From Negaprion brevirostris (lineage: Eukaryota): a DNA stretch of 64,000 nucleotides. Shown here one piece after another: positions 1 through 12,224 of this stretch. Positions within the stretch are counted from its first letter, which is position 1, and every line of letters starts with the position of its first letter. Position numbers and translations under genes: made by a program. The DNA is taken from positions 28,881,134 to 28,945,133 of the forward strand of contig JARDVH010000163.1 of the NCBI GenBank assembly GCA_030324005.1, in the 5' to 3' direction. The notes under the pieces are model-generated. The model saw nothing but the letters and a program-made list of their open reading frames with translations, made no database searches and was not told the DNA's origin.

Positions 1-79
1 CCAGCCAGCCTCTTCCTTTTTATATATTTATAAAAACTCTTGCTATCCTTTTTTATATTAAGCGCTAGCCCAGCTTCGC

Positions 80-258
80 TCCCACAGTCCAAAGATGTCC
101 GGGTTTGATTGATTGGTCTTGCTAATTGTCCCTTGGTGTCAGGTGGATTAGCAGGGTAAATATGCGAGATTACAGGAATAGGGCATCGGCGGGATTGTTA
201 TTGGTGTCGGCTTGATGGGCTGAAAGACTTCCTTCTGCGCTGTAGAGATTCTATGATT
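80..258 (+). mobile_element. HE1 SINE (V-SINE), 5'-truncated
   Basis: 'cccacagtccaaagatg...gggctgaaagacttccttctgcgctgtagagattctatgatt' matches the HE1 body and tail seen in full copies in this window. Confidence 0.85.
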
Positions 259-1319
259 ATTTTTGAATATTTTTCTCCATCAGGGGGCAGTCATACATAA
301 ACTAACAAGAAATTGCCATAATTCTGTAGATTTGTAAATATGGAAGACAGTAAAACAGACAAAGGACTAAATGCTGTCAAATAATTGGACAAACAGACAA
401 TAAAAGCCACTGAATTGCTGTCACTGAGAACCATAATACATTGCTTTGTGTGATATATAAGCCTACAGCAAGAGGTTAGGATAAAACAATGATTTATGAT
501 TAGCACTACCTGGAGATACATTTAAATAAGAATAATTAGTGCTGTGAAAGATATTCTCTGTTAGGCAAATAATACATAAGTTAATTCTAGGTGCAATATG
601 ATTGGATTGTGTGTAGTTCAATGAAAAGAAATTTGGACATTACAAAACATAGATCCTAATAAACTAAAGCAACTGTTATGAAGTAATAAGCTTTATGAAA
701 TATTATTGGGTGGACCTGGATGGTCGAGTGAATTAAGCAGACCATCTTTTTTCCAGATTTGAATCAAACCCAATTCAATGCAGTCAAAGGCTCCTTCCAG
801 AAGCTCTAAAACTGTTACAAGCAAACAGAGCAGAATGTTTCAATCCCTTTTCAACCGAGCTGAGCAATGTGCTCAGATAATGGCACATTTGTAATCCCAC
901 TAACGCCAATTCTAGGATCCACCTTTCCAACATTAACTGTCTTCTAGTTCTGAATTGAGAAAATCAGACTTGGGAAATAGGCCACGTGTGTGGGTTGTCT
1001 GATTTTGGGTGTTTGTCTTTACCTCGGCGGAAGTGATGCAGGCAGCGTGCAAAATTTGTGCGACCTCGCTCTCCAACACACCACCATTGGTACTCCTCAA
1101 CTGCACATTTCATGATTGTGATGTAGATGCCAGTACTGAATGTGCTGCTGGGTAGCTGCCACCTCTGTCGGGGGCCCAATTTTGTGCAAGGCCAGCGCCA
1201 CTTAAAACCAGTTTGTGCTAATTAAAGATAGACTACACCTTTTAAAGGCAAGGTGTGTTCTAGCTGCAGTAGGAGATGAAACTGTTGGGAAATATCTGAA
1301 GGCCGTCAGGAAGGATCCA

Positions 1320-2085
1320 AAATAGTGCAACAGTCAATAGAACATGTCCCTGGTTTTTAGATATCATGTGGGAGTTACTGATGCAGGGTGCGAACAGTTT
1401 TGGCTCCCTATATTTAAGGAAAGATATCCTCACATTAAAAGCAGTCCAAAGAAGGTTCACTAGGTTGATCCCTGATATGGAGAGAGGGTTGGTTTTGTGG
1501 TTAAGTAGGTTGGGCCTGTATTCATTGGAGGTTAGAAGAATGAGCGGTGACCTTATTGGGACAAATGGAATTCTTAGGGGGCTTGACAGGATAGATGCTG
1601 AGAGGTTGTTTCCCCTTGTGGGAGGGTTAAGGACCAGAAGGCATAATCTTAGAGTAGGATTTAATCATTTAAGACAGGGATGATGAGGAATTTCTTCTCT
1701 CAGAGTGTAGTGAATCTATGGAATTCTTTATTGCAGAGGGCTGTAGAGGCTGGGTCATTAAATATGTTCAAGACTGAGCTGGACAGACTTTTAACCAGTA
1801 AGGGAATCAAGAGTTATGGGGATAAGGCAGGAAAGTGGAGTTAAGAATCATCATATCAGATTAGTCATAATATCATGGAGTGACAGAGCAGACTCGATAG
1901 GCCAAACGTCCTACTTTTGTTTTGATATCTTGTGGTCTAAGTGAACCACAGAAGTGAGGTTCTCTTTCTTTAGAGGGCCAGGCTACTCCCCAGACATCTG
2001 CAGAGAAATCAGAAGGAGCAGGTGACCATGGCACCTAATGGCATCAGTTTGATGCTGAGGACCTGGATGCAGTTCCCTGAGAAGT
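1320..2085 (+). mobile_element. PIF/Harbinger Myb/SANT-like gene remnant, split by a CR1 insertion
   Basis: Left piece reads ...EHVPGF/DIMWELLMQGAN and right piece ...PRHLQRNQKEQVTMAPNGISLMLRTWMQFPEK, resembling NAIF1-type Myb-like domains; related copies at 16.4, 19.3 and 40.4 kb. Confidence 0.55.
1392..1940 (+). mobile_element. HER1/CR1 LINE 3' end
   Basis: YLRKDILTLKAVQRRFTRLIP...LGLYSLEVRRMSGDLI...LFPLVGGLRTRRHNL is the CR1 ORF2 C-terminus, followed by a CR1-type 3' UTR. Confidence 0.92.
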
Positions 2086-2221
2086 NNNNNNNNNNNNNNN
2101 NNNNNNNNNNNNNNNNNNNNNNNNNNNNNNNNNNNNNNNNNNNNNNNNNNNNNNNNNNNNNNNNNNNNNNNNNNNNNNNNNNNNNCAAACTCCCTTGCCA
2201 CGACAATTTTTTAAAAATTCA

Positions 2222-3169
2222 TTTTTTTTTTTTTATACAGGATGTGGGTGTTGCTGGCTAGACCAGCACTTATTGCCCATCCATAGTTGCCCTTCAGAAG
2301 ATGGTGGCGAGCTTCCTTCTTGAACCACTGCAGTCACATCCACAGTACTGTTTGGGAGGCAGTTCTGAGATTTTGAGCCAGTCACATTGATGATAATGCC
2401 ATTGAATGTCAAGGGGTGATGGTTAGATCCTCTATTGTTAGAGATTGTCATTGTCTGGCATCTGGTATGGCAAATGGTAATCAGCAGGAAGTTTCATTGC
2501 CCACGTTTGACCTGGTGCCATGAGACTTCAGAGTAGATGTTGACGACTCCTGGAGTAACTCCTTCCTGACTGTGTACCACTGTGTCGCCACCTCTGCTGG
2601 GTCTGTCCTGCCAATGGGACAGGACATACCCAAGAATAGTGATGGCGGTGACTGGGACATTATCTGTAAAGTGTGATTCGATGAGTATGAATATGTCAAG
2701 CTGTTGCTTGGCAAATCATGAGACAGTTCTCCCAATTTTGGCACAAGCTCCCAGATGTTAGTAAGGAAGACTTTGTAAGGTCAATAGGGTTGGATATGCT
2801 ATTGTTATTTCTGGTGCCTAGGTCGGTGCCAAATCGTCCATCCAATTTCATTCCTCTGTAGTTTCTTTGTGGTGGTTGAGTGTCTTGCTAGACCATTTCA
2901 GAGTTACGTACATTGCTGCTGCTCTGGAGTCATATGTAGACAAGACCAGGTAAGGACAGCAGGTTTCCTTCCTGAAAGGACATTACTGAACCAGATATGA
3001 TTTTATGACAATCAATTCATGGTCATTATTTGACTTTTAATGCCAAATGTTTTGTTGAGTTTAAATTTCACCATCCACCTTGGCAGGATTTGAATCAGGG
3101 TCCCCAGAGCTTTACCCTGCGTNNNNNNNNNNNNNNNNNNNNNNNNNATCTCTGCTCCACCATCTCCCC
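2222..3169 (-). mobile_element. Internally deleted CR1-group LINE (family B) with a tRNA-derived SINE-like 5' head
   Basis: Head and body ~3169-2875; APE endonuclease N-terminus ~2775-2478 (FLTNIWEL, DIFILIESH, LGYVLSHWQDRPSRGG); RT C-terminal piece ~2460-2390; LINE 3' end and poly(A) 2390-2222. Confidence 0.8.
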
Positions 3170-4881
3170 TAAACAGATTTCCTCTGAGACTGCTGTCCTA
3201 ATGCAGCCCTGTCCGGGCAGGAGTGTATATAAGAAATGTCCAAGGCTGTGAAGAGCATGTGGCTCTACCAGGAGAGCTGGGTACTTCTGCTCAATGTGGA
3301 TGTATCTTTAATCATAAAATGGTTCGAATAGAGTGGCTACAGCTACCAGATCATTATTGTGGAGGGGGAGTCCTTCTCTACGACTGTGGACACAGTTGTG
3401 ATCTTTTGGTACCCAATGGCTCCAGGGAGAAAGAGGGAATTAAAGGAAGCTTTCCTGGCCCTCACCAGCCTGCTGCCAGGAGGGCACTTACAAGCCATCT
3501 GTCAGTCTTCTGCCTCAGCAGGGGGATCCTGCCATTGTCAAGAAGATTCCAGTGGTGTCAAAAATCTCCCCTCAAGTCACCATTTTATTAGCACGAATTG
3601 ACTACCTGGCACTGCCAGGTGGATAGGCAGTTCCATTATGACCCTATCTCCAGCAAGAACACTCATGGGCAGGGACATGTCAGATTGACAACCTGATGCA
3701 AATCTTTCGAAAAATCCTCCCTCCTGCCCAAGCCTCCATGTCTGCCTCTACATATGATAAGATTCTGCCAGTATGAGCCCACATCATACATTTTGTAATG
3801 CTGCGATTTATATACTTTTGACATTTGTGAGGCAATGCCACATTGTCAGATTATATTATGATCAATGAGATTAAAAATACGCTATTGCCATTAATAGCAC
3901 TGGACAGAGAATAATTGCTTTATAAATCTGAGCTCGAGCAGAGAACTGAAAGAGATCTTGTGCAAAATATAATTCAAACTACAGGGCCACAATTTTACTG
4001 CACATCATTTTGTTGCCATGGATGTAATCCAATAATTAATAACCACTCCACTTCAATAATTTAATTTAACTTTAATTAGATATTTGATGCAGATCGAAAC
4101 ATTTATTTGGCTAGCTATTTTTTGAGTGACTCATTTAAATGCAAGCCAGAATGCTATTATCTGTATGTTTTGACTTTACAAATCATATTTTGTGTAATAC
4201 TTAATTACTATTGCTTCAACTGGCTTGTTGTGCAGGAAATATTTTATATTTAATTGTAAACATGCATTGTTCACATACATTTTAAACGCAAACTGATCTT
4301 ATTTTCTTTAATTACTCACCCCCTCTTCAACTTTGATATAATTGCTAATATAATTGCTGATTTCTTAAAATCAAATTCAATAAAGTCAGATTCTGAACTG
4401 CATTTCCTCTTAAAAATGAATCTGTTGAAATTAATTATTTTAGACAAGTTGTCATTTTTGATTTCATTAGAATTGCACTTAATTCATAATTTCCAGTTGT
4501 TTTATTTTTCCTTGTATTAACTTTCCTGATTAACTCTTGCACAAACATTACTCTCAACGAATAACTGATAAACTGTAAACTATAAACCAACACCCCCTGG
4601 ATGGTTCAGCATTACCACATTCCTGAATTAAATTTCATATTTGCATACCAAAAAAAAATATATAAAACTCAATAGTAATTTAAACGAATCTTAATTAAAC
4701 CTAAATCAATCAATAAATAATTGTGAACTTCAAACGCTAACTTCACAGCAGGGATAGTAATAGAATGTGTCTAGTAAAAGGATTAATGCAATAGTTCACA
4801 ATGTGAAGTGTCACATTTTTCACTTTTGTCTCCAAATCAGAGTGAACTCCATTCTGAATTTTTCCACAGTCAAGCACATTT

Positions 4882-5192
4882 TAAAAAAAATCAATTATGG
4901 GATGTTGCTGGCTAGGTCTGCGTTTATTGCCTATTCCTAATTGCCATTGTTCACAGGACATTTAAGAGTATAACACGTTGCTGAGAGTCTATAGGCCAGG
5001 CCGAAAGGATATTGATCAACCAGATGGAGTTTTTAACAGCGATGGTTTGTTGTTAGACTTTTAATTCCAATTTTTTAAAAATTGAATTCAAATTTCATTT
5101 TATCTGCCATGGTGGGATTTAAACCCAGGTCCCCAGAGCATTATGCTGGATTCCCAGCCCAGTGATAGTATCACTACACCACTGTCTTCCCC
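4882..5192 (-). mobile_element. tRNA-derived SINE (family B)
   Basis: Reverse complement aligns with the copies at 10842, 40113 and 48375: A/B-box-like head and 'gggcaataaa..ccagc..ccc' tail. Confidence 0.8.
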
Positions 5193-5244
5193 ACATAATC
5201 AATAGTGTCACATCAATGCAGCATTGACAGAGTTCTGGATTTGC

Positions 5245-5478
5245 TGTAGATGACCACTGTTTAGCCTTTAAGTACCCATAAGTAAGAAATAGCCACACTT
5301 CAGACTCAAAAGCGTTGGACCTCCATCAAATTTATTTCTTTTTGTTCTCCCAGTGGCTGGTGGACTGATATATTGTTACTGGGAACATGACTACAGTGCA
5401 GCAATTAAACGTGACACCACAGATGTACATCCTTATAAAAAAAAACTATTCCTACTTCTTTACAAATAATATATAACA
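5245..5478 (-). mobile_element. Gypsy 3' LTR
   Basis: Minus strand TG...CA termini, internal AATAAA, and a polypurine tract aaaggaagggg at 5481-5491 just upstream. Confidence 0.6.
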
Positions 5479-5479
5479 T

Positions 5480-6260
5480 ACCCCTTCCTTTAAAAATATA
5501 TAATGTACCTATATCTATATAACTGATCCAATTATTAACTTTTTTCTAACCTAAATAAGATTAACGTTTACAAGTAAGTAGGAATCTTTTAAAAAACTAT
5601 ATTCATGGTATAACTTAGGTTGTAGAATGTTGTGTCTCCATCTTATAGACTTGGCATTCATTGCTCTGAGTGGTGAGTTAGCAAGTTGCACAGGCAATGT
5701 TGTGCTTGTTACTCCCGGTGTTGTTGGGAGTCATGTTTGATGTCACTAATGTTGTGTCACTTGCTGGTGATGTTGCTCCACTTGTCAGTAATGCTGTTGA
5801 TATTGTCACCTTGGTTAACGATGTTGCTGCTATTGTTGTTGACCTTTCCTGCTGTTCCAGCTCAGGTGTATGTGGCATATGAACTTTGTACCTTCCCATT
5901 TATATACCAACGTTTGTCTAAGTGATGAGTGATCCTGGGGCCTCAGTTTCACCAACACTATTTGCTGGGTTCCATACTTTCATGATTGGATCCTGCACAT
6001 GTACAGTTTGTCCTTTCAACAGCTCAGACAGGGATTTAGATTGCTTGTTGAAATGTTGATCTCCTTCTACCCGTGCACCAGTGTGTATTTGTCTTATTTT
6101 CTCCTGGTCTCTTGGAGAGATTGTCTTGCTTGGCAGAGTTGTTTGATACTTTTGTACATTCAATAGCATTGCAGGTGATTTCGTATCATCCTTGAAAGGT
6201 GTAGATTGGAGTGACAGAATGGTGTATGCCTCAGAGAGGAACTTGCAAGTGATGGTGTTC
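5480..6260 (-). mobile_element. Ty3/Gypsy integrase C-terminal remnant
   Basis: LSLQSTP..KSPAMLLN..KYQTTLPSK...LSELLKGQTVHVQDP..KVWNPA...APGSLI is typical of the Gypsy integrase tail; followed by a Thr/Ser-rich low-complexity stretch. Confidence 0.8.
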
Positions 6261-6279
6261 TCATGCACCTGCTTCACTT

Positions 6280-7360
6280 AGCCTTCTAGGTCGTAGAGGT
6301 TGTGGGCTTGGGACCCACTGTCAGAGGAGGCTTGGCAAATTGTTGTAGTGCATGGTGTATATAGTACACACTTCTGCAGCCACTGCATTGGTGAAGGGAC
6401 AAATATTGTGGACATATTGAATTGGGTGTTAATCAAACAGGCTGCTTTGTCTGGGAGGTGTTAAGCTCCTTGAGTGTTGTTGGAGCTGCATTCATCCAAG
6501 CAAGTGGGAAGTATTCCTTCACAATCCTGAGTCTCATTGATGGTGGACAGGCTTGTTACTTGCTACAAAATTCCCAGCCTCTGATTTGGTTTTGTGGCTA
6601 CAGTATTTATCTGTCAGTCAAGCTAAGTTTCCAACCAATGATTGCCCCAAGATATTGATTGTGGGAGATTCGGTGATGGTAATGAAATGGAATGCAATAG
6701 GGAGATGATTAGACTCTCTCTTGATGGAATTTGTCCTTGCGTGGCACTTGGAGGGCAAAACTGTTACTTGCCATTTGTCAAAAACCTGAAAGTTGCCTAG
6801 GTCATGCAATATGTGAGGGACTCTAGGGGACTAGTAAGATAAATACGTGGTTTATGGGGATAAGGCCTGGGTGGTGTTGTCGGTGCAGGTTTGATGGGCC
6901 AAATGGCCTCCTTCTGCACTGAAGGCATTCTATAATTCTATGGTTAATGGAATTATAAATGAACACTATGCACTCATCAGCAAACATCCCCACTTCCCAC
7001 CTTATATTTGAGGAAAAGTTATTCATGAAATAACTGGTTGGGCCTTGGACACTACATTGAGGAACTCGTGCACTGATGTCCTGGGACTAAGATGATTCAC
7101 CTCCTAATAATGACTCCAGGCAGTGGTGAGCTATCTGCCGATTACAATTGATTTCAAATTTACCAGGGTTTCTTGGTGGACATTCGGCCCATTGTTGATA
7201 TCACTGCCAAGGGCAGTCATTCTAACCTCACCTCTGGAATTCAGCTCTTTCTTTTCCTTTAGGCTTTGTTGTACTGAGGTCTGGATTTGCGTGGCACTTG
7301 TGGGATCCTAACTAAGCACTGGTGGGCAGTTTGTTCCTGTGTAAATGCTGCTTGACAGCT
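6280..7360 (-). mobile_element. CR1-group LINE family B, RT region fragments
   Basis: VGMFADECIVF (RT motif C) and KCHARTNSIKRESNHLPIAF; aligns with 33575-35060. Confidence 0.8.
6822..6943 (+). mobile_element. HE1 SINE 3' fragment nested in LINE B
   Basis: 'gggccaaatggcctccttctgcactg..attctataattctatg' tail. Confidence 0.8.
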
Positions 7361-7569
7361 TTCTTATTATTTAAATAATTGATCCAAATACATTGCAAAT
7401 ACATCATAAATTACAATAGATAACGTTCTTCATTGTCATATGCAATCATACTAACCGTGCCTCCTAAATTCTCATCTAAATCATTAATATATATAACAAA
7501 TAACAGTGGATCCAGCACCGATCCCTGAGGCCTCTCACCTTTATCTGTCACCTTTCAGGGTTTCATCTT

Positions 7570-8050
7570 CCAAGCAAGGAGCTACAAAAGTTGGTGAATG
7601 TAGCCCAATCCATCACGCAAACCAGCCTCCCATCCATTAACTCTGTCTACACTTCCTGCTGCCTCGGCAAAGCAGCCAGCATAATTACGGACCCCACTGC
7701 CCCCAGACATTCTCTCTTCCACCTTCTTCCACCGGGGAAAAGATACAAAATTCTGAGGTCACGTAGCTACCGATTCAAGAACAGCTTCTTCCCTGCTACT
7801 GTCAGTCTTTTGAATGGACTTATCTTGCATTAAGTTGATCTTTCTCTATGCCCTAGCTATGACTCTATAACGCTATACTCTGCACNNNNNNNNNNNNNNN
7901 NNNNNNNNNNNNNNNNNNNNNNNNNNNNNNNNNNNNNNNNNNNNNNNNNNNNNNNNNNNNNNNNNNNNNNNNNNNNNNNNNNNNNGCATGCAAGAAACAA
8001 TACTTCTCACTATAATAATACATGTGAGAATAATAACTCAAATCAAATCA
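7570..8050 (+). mobile_element. Rex1/Babar LINE 3' end
   Basis: AQSITQTSLPSINSVYTSCCLGKAASII.DP..PRHSLFHLLPPGKRY..LRSRSYRFKNSFFP; (aatca)n tail. Confidence 0.85.
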
Positions 8051-8189
8051 CATCCAGGGTTACACCTTCCTGAGTTTCACTGCCCAGAGTCTCATTGCCT
8101 GGGTGTCACCTTCTAGGACACATAAGTCCCAATTGAAACCACAGTTTTGACACAAGTCGCCACCAGTACAACATTTTCTCACACAAGTC

Positions 8190-8545
8190 CCATCCCATCC
8201 TTTCATTGTTTTGCTGGTGATTGAGAATAAACTGATGGGGTAGTGAGTGGCCTGTTTGGATTTTCCCTGCTCTTTGTGGTTAGGACAAGCCTGGCCAAGT
8301 TTTCACTTTGTTGGAGAGATGGCAGTGTCGTAGCTGCACTGGAACAGCTTGTCTAGAGATATGGCTAATCCTGGGGCACATGCCCACAGTGCTGTGGCCA
8401 TGATGTTTATGCTGTATCCATTGCGTCCAGCTATCACATGAAATTAATCGAATTGGCTAACGCTGACATCTCTAATGGTGAGCACCTCAGGAGGAGGCGG
8501 AGATGAATCATCCATTCAGTGCTGGTGGCTAAAGGTGATGCAAAT
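8190..8545 (-). mobile_element. CR1-group LINE family B fragment
   Basis: Degenerate continuation of the LINE upstream of RT ('tgtagctg.actggaacagcttg.ctagag'). Confidence 0.55.
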
Positions 8546-8943
8546 GTTTTAGAAAATTCTCTTTAGAATACTCTGCAGTTTGAAGTTTACTGTAATGTGT
8601 TTTGGACGACCTCCGAAGACACAGCAACGCAAAGTGGATTTTCTGTGATTTAAACAGCTGTTGATCATTTTAATTAGCTTATCTAAAGGCTGAACAAATC
8701 AATTAAATCTCGACCTTAATGCCTATCTAGTTTAGCTGCATAGGTATAATGTGTATTCCAGGGCTGCAGCAGTATAATCTATCAGTAAAGTGTGTTGTGT
8801 CTTACCATTCTGCTTCTGATCATGATAGTGAACTTTTGCTGGGCAAACAAATAGCTGAACAAAATGATTGCACATCAGGCTTTCTTCTTGCACACTTTGT
8901 ACAAAACATTCAACCAAAAAAAAGGTAATATTCTAATATCCCA

Positions 8944-10141
8944 GGCTGGATTTTATGCCATCAATTGACATATTTCAAGTGAGCATGGTTGGGGAGTGGG
9001 GGGCAGTGACTTGTAAAATAAAGCAGATGGCTTTCCAACTATCTTCTCACCCACTCTGACCTGTTCTAATATTACAGTGGGTGGAGAAACCATCAAGGCT
9101 GAGGCCTATTGAGGCTCTTAACTGGCCAATTGATGGCCACGTAAAGGCCTCATCCTGTCTCTGTCACTATGTTACATGTGGCTGGGGAAGGCAGAGGCAA
9201 GGTGGGTGGCCCCAATAGCTTTCACTGCACAAGCTGCTGTCAGGCAGGAAGTGAGTGTACTTCCTCTGGGACACGTAGAATCATAACATCACAACAGTAT
9301 CGAAGGAGACCATTTGGTCCATTGAGTCTGTACCATCCATATCCCACTGAGGCCCTATTCCTGTAACACCACACATTTACCCTGCTGATCCCCCTGTCAC
9401 TAGGGGCAATTCAGCACGGCCAATGCACTTAAACCCCACATCTTTGGACCGTTGGAGGAAACTGAAACACCTGGAGGAAACCCACAGAGACACGGGGAGA
9501 ATGTGCAAACTTCAGACAGAGAGTGACCCAAGGCCAGAACTGAACCTGGGTCCCTGGCCCTGTGAGGCAGCAGTGCTAACCACTATGCCACTGTGCACCC
9601 CTATGCCCATCAGAGCCACCCCTTCAAGATCCTCCAAACCCTTCCCCTTCCACCAGTGTGATTCCACCACACCACACCCCCTCCCACTGGAATCTGCTAA
9701 CCTGGACTGTCTGACTGGCTTCTTCCTGCTCGGGTACCTCCTGCGGCCTTAGAGGTGGTTGCCCTGACTCCACAGGAACTACTGATTACAGAGCTAATGG
9801 CCAATCAGATTTGCCAGCAGCTCTCTCGGGCATGACTTCCTCCCATTAGGTGAAAGTTCCACTCCGAAACAGCTAAGGCTGCTCCCAGTGTAATATCACT
9901 GTCGGGAAGTAGGTGGGCAAGCAGTCGTCAACTTTTCAATCACGGTGGGGAATGGAGGTGAGGGGCAGGGAAGAGCATTTGAAATATCATAACATTCAAG
10001 GATATGGGACTGGTGCAGGAAAATGGGATTAATGTGCTTTTAGTGGCAGGTATTGTCAGTGCAGACTCGATGGGCTGAAGGGACTTTTCTGCGCTGTATG
10101 ACTCTAAGAACAGAGAATATGATTCTTAGTAAAATCCAGCC
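8944..10141. mobile_element. Non-autonomous PIF/Harbinger-like element with nested retroposons
   Basis: TIR ggctggatttta...taaaatccagcc with CCA on both flanks; contains HE1 (9275-9597) and a CR1 tail (~9985-10107). Confidence 0.6.
9275..9597 (-). mobile_element. HE1 SINE, near full length
   Basis: tRNA-like head 'gtggcatagtggttagcactgctgcctcacag', V-domain and tail. Confidence 0.92.
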
Positions 10142-10841
10142 CCACATCCATGAGAAGATATTTATATAGATAAACAAATGGGCAGGCTGAACAGCAGCCA
10201 ACATGTTTTTAGAAAGGATGAATCATGGTTGACAAACCAGAGTGATATCTCTGAGGAAGTAATTCCCCAAGTAGGGAAGGAAATGCCCCACAGCGTTCTG
10301 TACCTAAACTTCAGAAAGGCATTTGTCAAAGTCCCTCGTGCGATGAGCTAAACCCAGATTTGGTGGGGATTTCAACAGGGCCTTGTTCTGAGAAACAGAG
10401 AACCTGAGAGAGAAATAAAAATGAAACAGGCCTTTTGACTGCATGAGGAGAAGAGCGGCCAGAGGGCCTCCAAGTTGGAAGATCAAAAAGTCCTTGCTAC
10501 GAATAAAAAACAGTATCACCTTTAATGCTCCTTTGGCCTCCTCCTCAGGAAGACGAGAATCAGGGTTCACTGCCATTGCCCCTCACCCCCCCTCCCTCCA
10601 ACCCCCTATTACATTTGGACACCTCTCCAAGACAAGGTCAGGAAAGTGGAGCAACAAGGGTCAGAAATACCCTACTCCACCTCTTCCACAGCAATCCTTA
10701 GCCAGGAGTGGGCCCTGCCTTATTTTTCAGGGAAACNNNNNNNNNNNNNNNNNNNNNNNNNNNNNNNNNNNNNNNNNNNNNNNNNNNNNNNNNNNNNNNN
10801 NNNNNNNNNNNCCTCAGCTACTTCCTGATCCCACACTCAAT

Positions 10842-11302
10842 GGAGAAGGCAATGGCCTAGTGGTATTATCATGAGACTATTAATCTGGAAACTCGGCTAA
10901 TGTTCTTGGGATCCAAGTTTGAATCCTGTCATGGCAGATAGTGTAATTTGAATTCAATAAAAAAAAACCTGGAATTACAAATCTGTTGGTGACCATGAAA
11001 CCATTGTTAATGGTTGGGAAAACCTTAGAAATCATAGAAATTTCTCTGATTTCTATGACCACGGGATCATTGTCAACGGTTGGGAAAACCTACCTGGTTC
11101 ATTATCACCTTTTAGGGAAGGAAATTTTCTGTCCTTACCTGGTCTGGATGACATGTGACTCCAGACCCACAGCAATGTGGTTGACTCTCAACTGCTGTCT
11201 GAAATGGCCTGTGGCAAGCCACTCAGTTCAAGGGAAACTAGGGATGGGCAATAATTGCTGGCCCAGCTAGAGACTCCCATGTCCCATGAACGAATAAAGA
11301 AA
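10842..11302 (+). mobile_element. tRNA-derived SINE family B, full length, with internal duplication
   Basis: A box tggcctagtgg, B-box-like gtttgaatcc, body 'agggaaggaaat..ccttacctggtctgg..gactccagacccacagcaatg', tail shared with LINE B. Confidence 0.88.
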
Positions 11303-12087
11303 AATCTCACGGGAAGGGCCCCCTGGAGTCTTTATTTTTAACTTGTTTTTCTCTTTTGTCTTTTTATCCTGCTGTGTCTGTGATTTCTCTTTTTGTCTGA
11401 TCCACCCACCAGCTCCTTTTATTTTCCAGTCTGAGTTTTCTTGTTGTTTTCCTACATTTATTTTGTGCATGCATATTTTCACACTGCTTGGCAGAATTGA
11501 TATTTTGAGCCCTGAGTTTTCACCTAAGTGTCTGTGACCAAAGTTTCTTTATTGTGTCTAGCTCAGTGTATTTTCCTTTGGGTCTCTGGATTAATTGTCN
11601 NNNNNNNNNNNNNNNNNNNNNNNNNNNNNNNNNNNNNNNNNNNNNNNNNNNNNNNNNNNNNNNNNNNNNNNNNNNNNNNNNNNNNNNNNNNNNNNNNNNN
11701 NTGAAGAAAAAAGACATAGACGATCGGAGATGTATCAATTTCTTGAGTGTGTGAACTATTCGCTACATTGAAGGACTCAAGCCAGCCCAGTTTCAGGTTT
11801 GATCAGTCAAACGTGACAATTGTGGAAAAATTTCAATCATTACCTTTACTTGGTTTCACAGGAAGTTAGATGGTACTTTAGGCAAAAAAGTAGGAAAATT
11901 GTGTTTGTGTTATTCAGGTCAATCAGAGAGCAATCTCCTTGAGGTGCTGAGGTAGTGGAGATTTACAGAACTTTTCGATGTACTGCCAGTCCCAACTTCA
12001 TCATTTCCCTGACGACCACCAATATTCAGCCCGACTTGAAATTATATTTGCTACCTGTTCTCCACTGTCATAAATTAAAAACACTCT

Positions 12088-12224
12088 GGCCCTGATTTTA
12101 CCAGCGTGTTTGCCCCGGAATGGGCAAGACTCACGGAATGGCATTCTCCATTGGATTCCGGCGCAATCTTACGAGCCTTGACAGGGGAGTGCGGGTGGGA
12201 GGCCGAGTCAGTAAAATTCCAGTC
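12088..12224. mobile_element. Harbinger/Tourist-like MITE (~135 bp)
   Basis: Imperfect TIR ggccctgattttac/gtaaaattccagtc, TCT on both flanks; related to 28867, 24865, 32770 and 45176. Confidence 0.65.

Noticed and set aside
5678-5925. Hydrophobic or Thr-rich overlapping ORFs
   Set aside because: Low-complexity tail of the Gypsy pol region, not a host gene
11948-11970. let-7-like tgaggtagtggagatttacaga
   Set aside because: Only the seed matches, no hairpin partner is visible, and it lies in a dispersed repeat whose other copy lacks the seed
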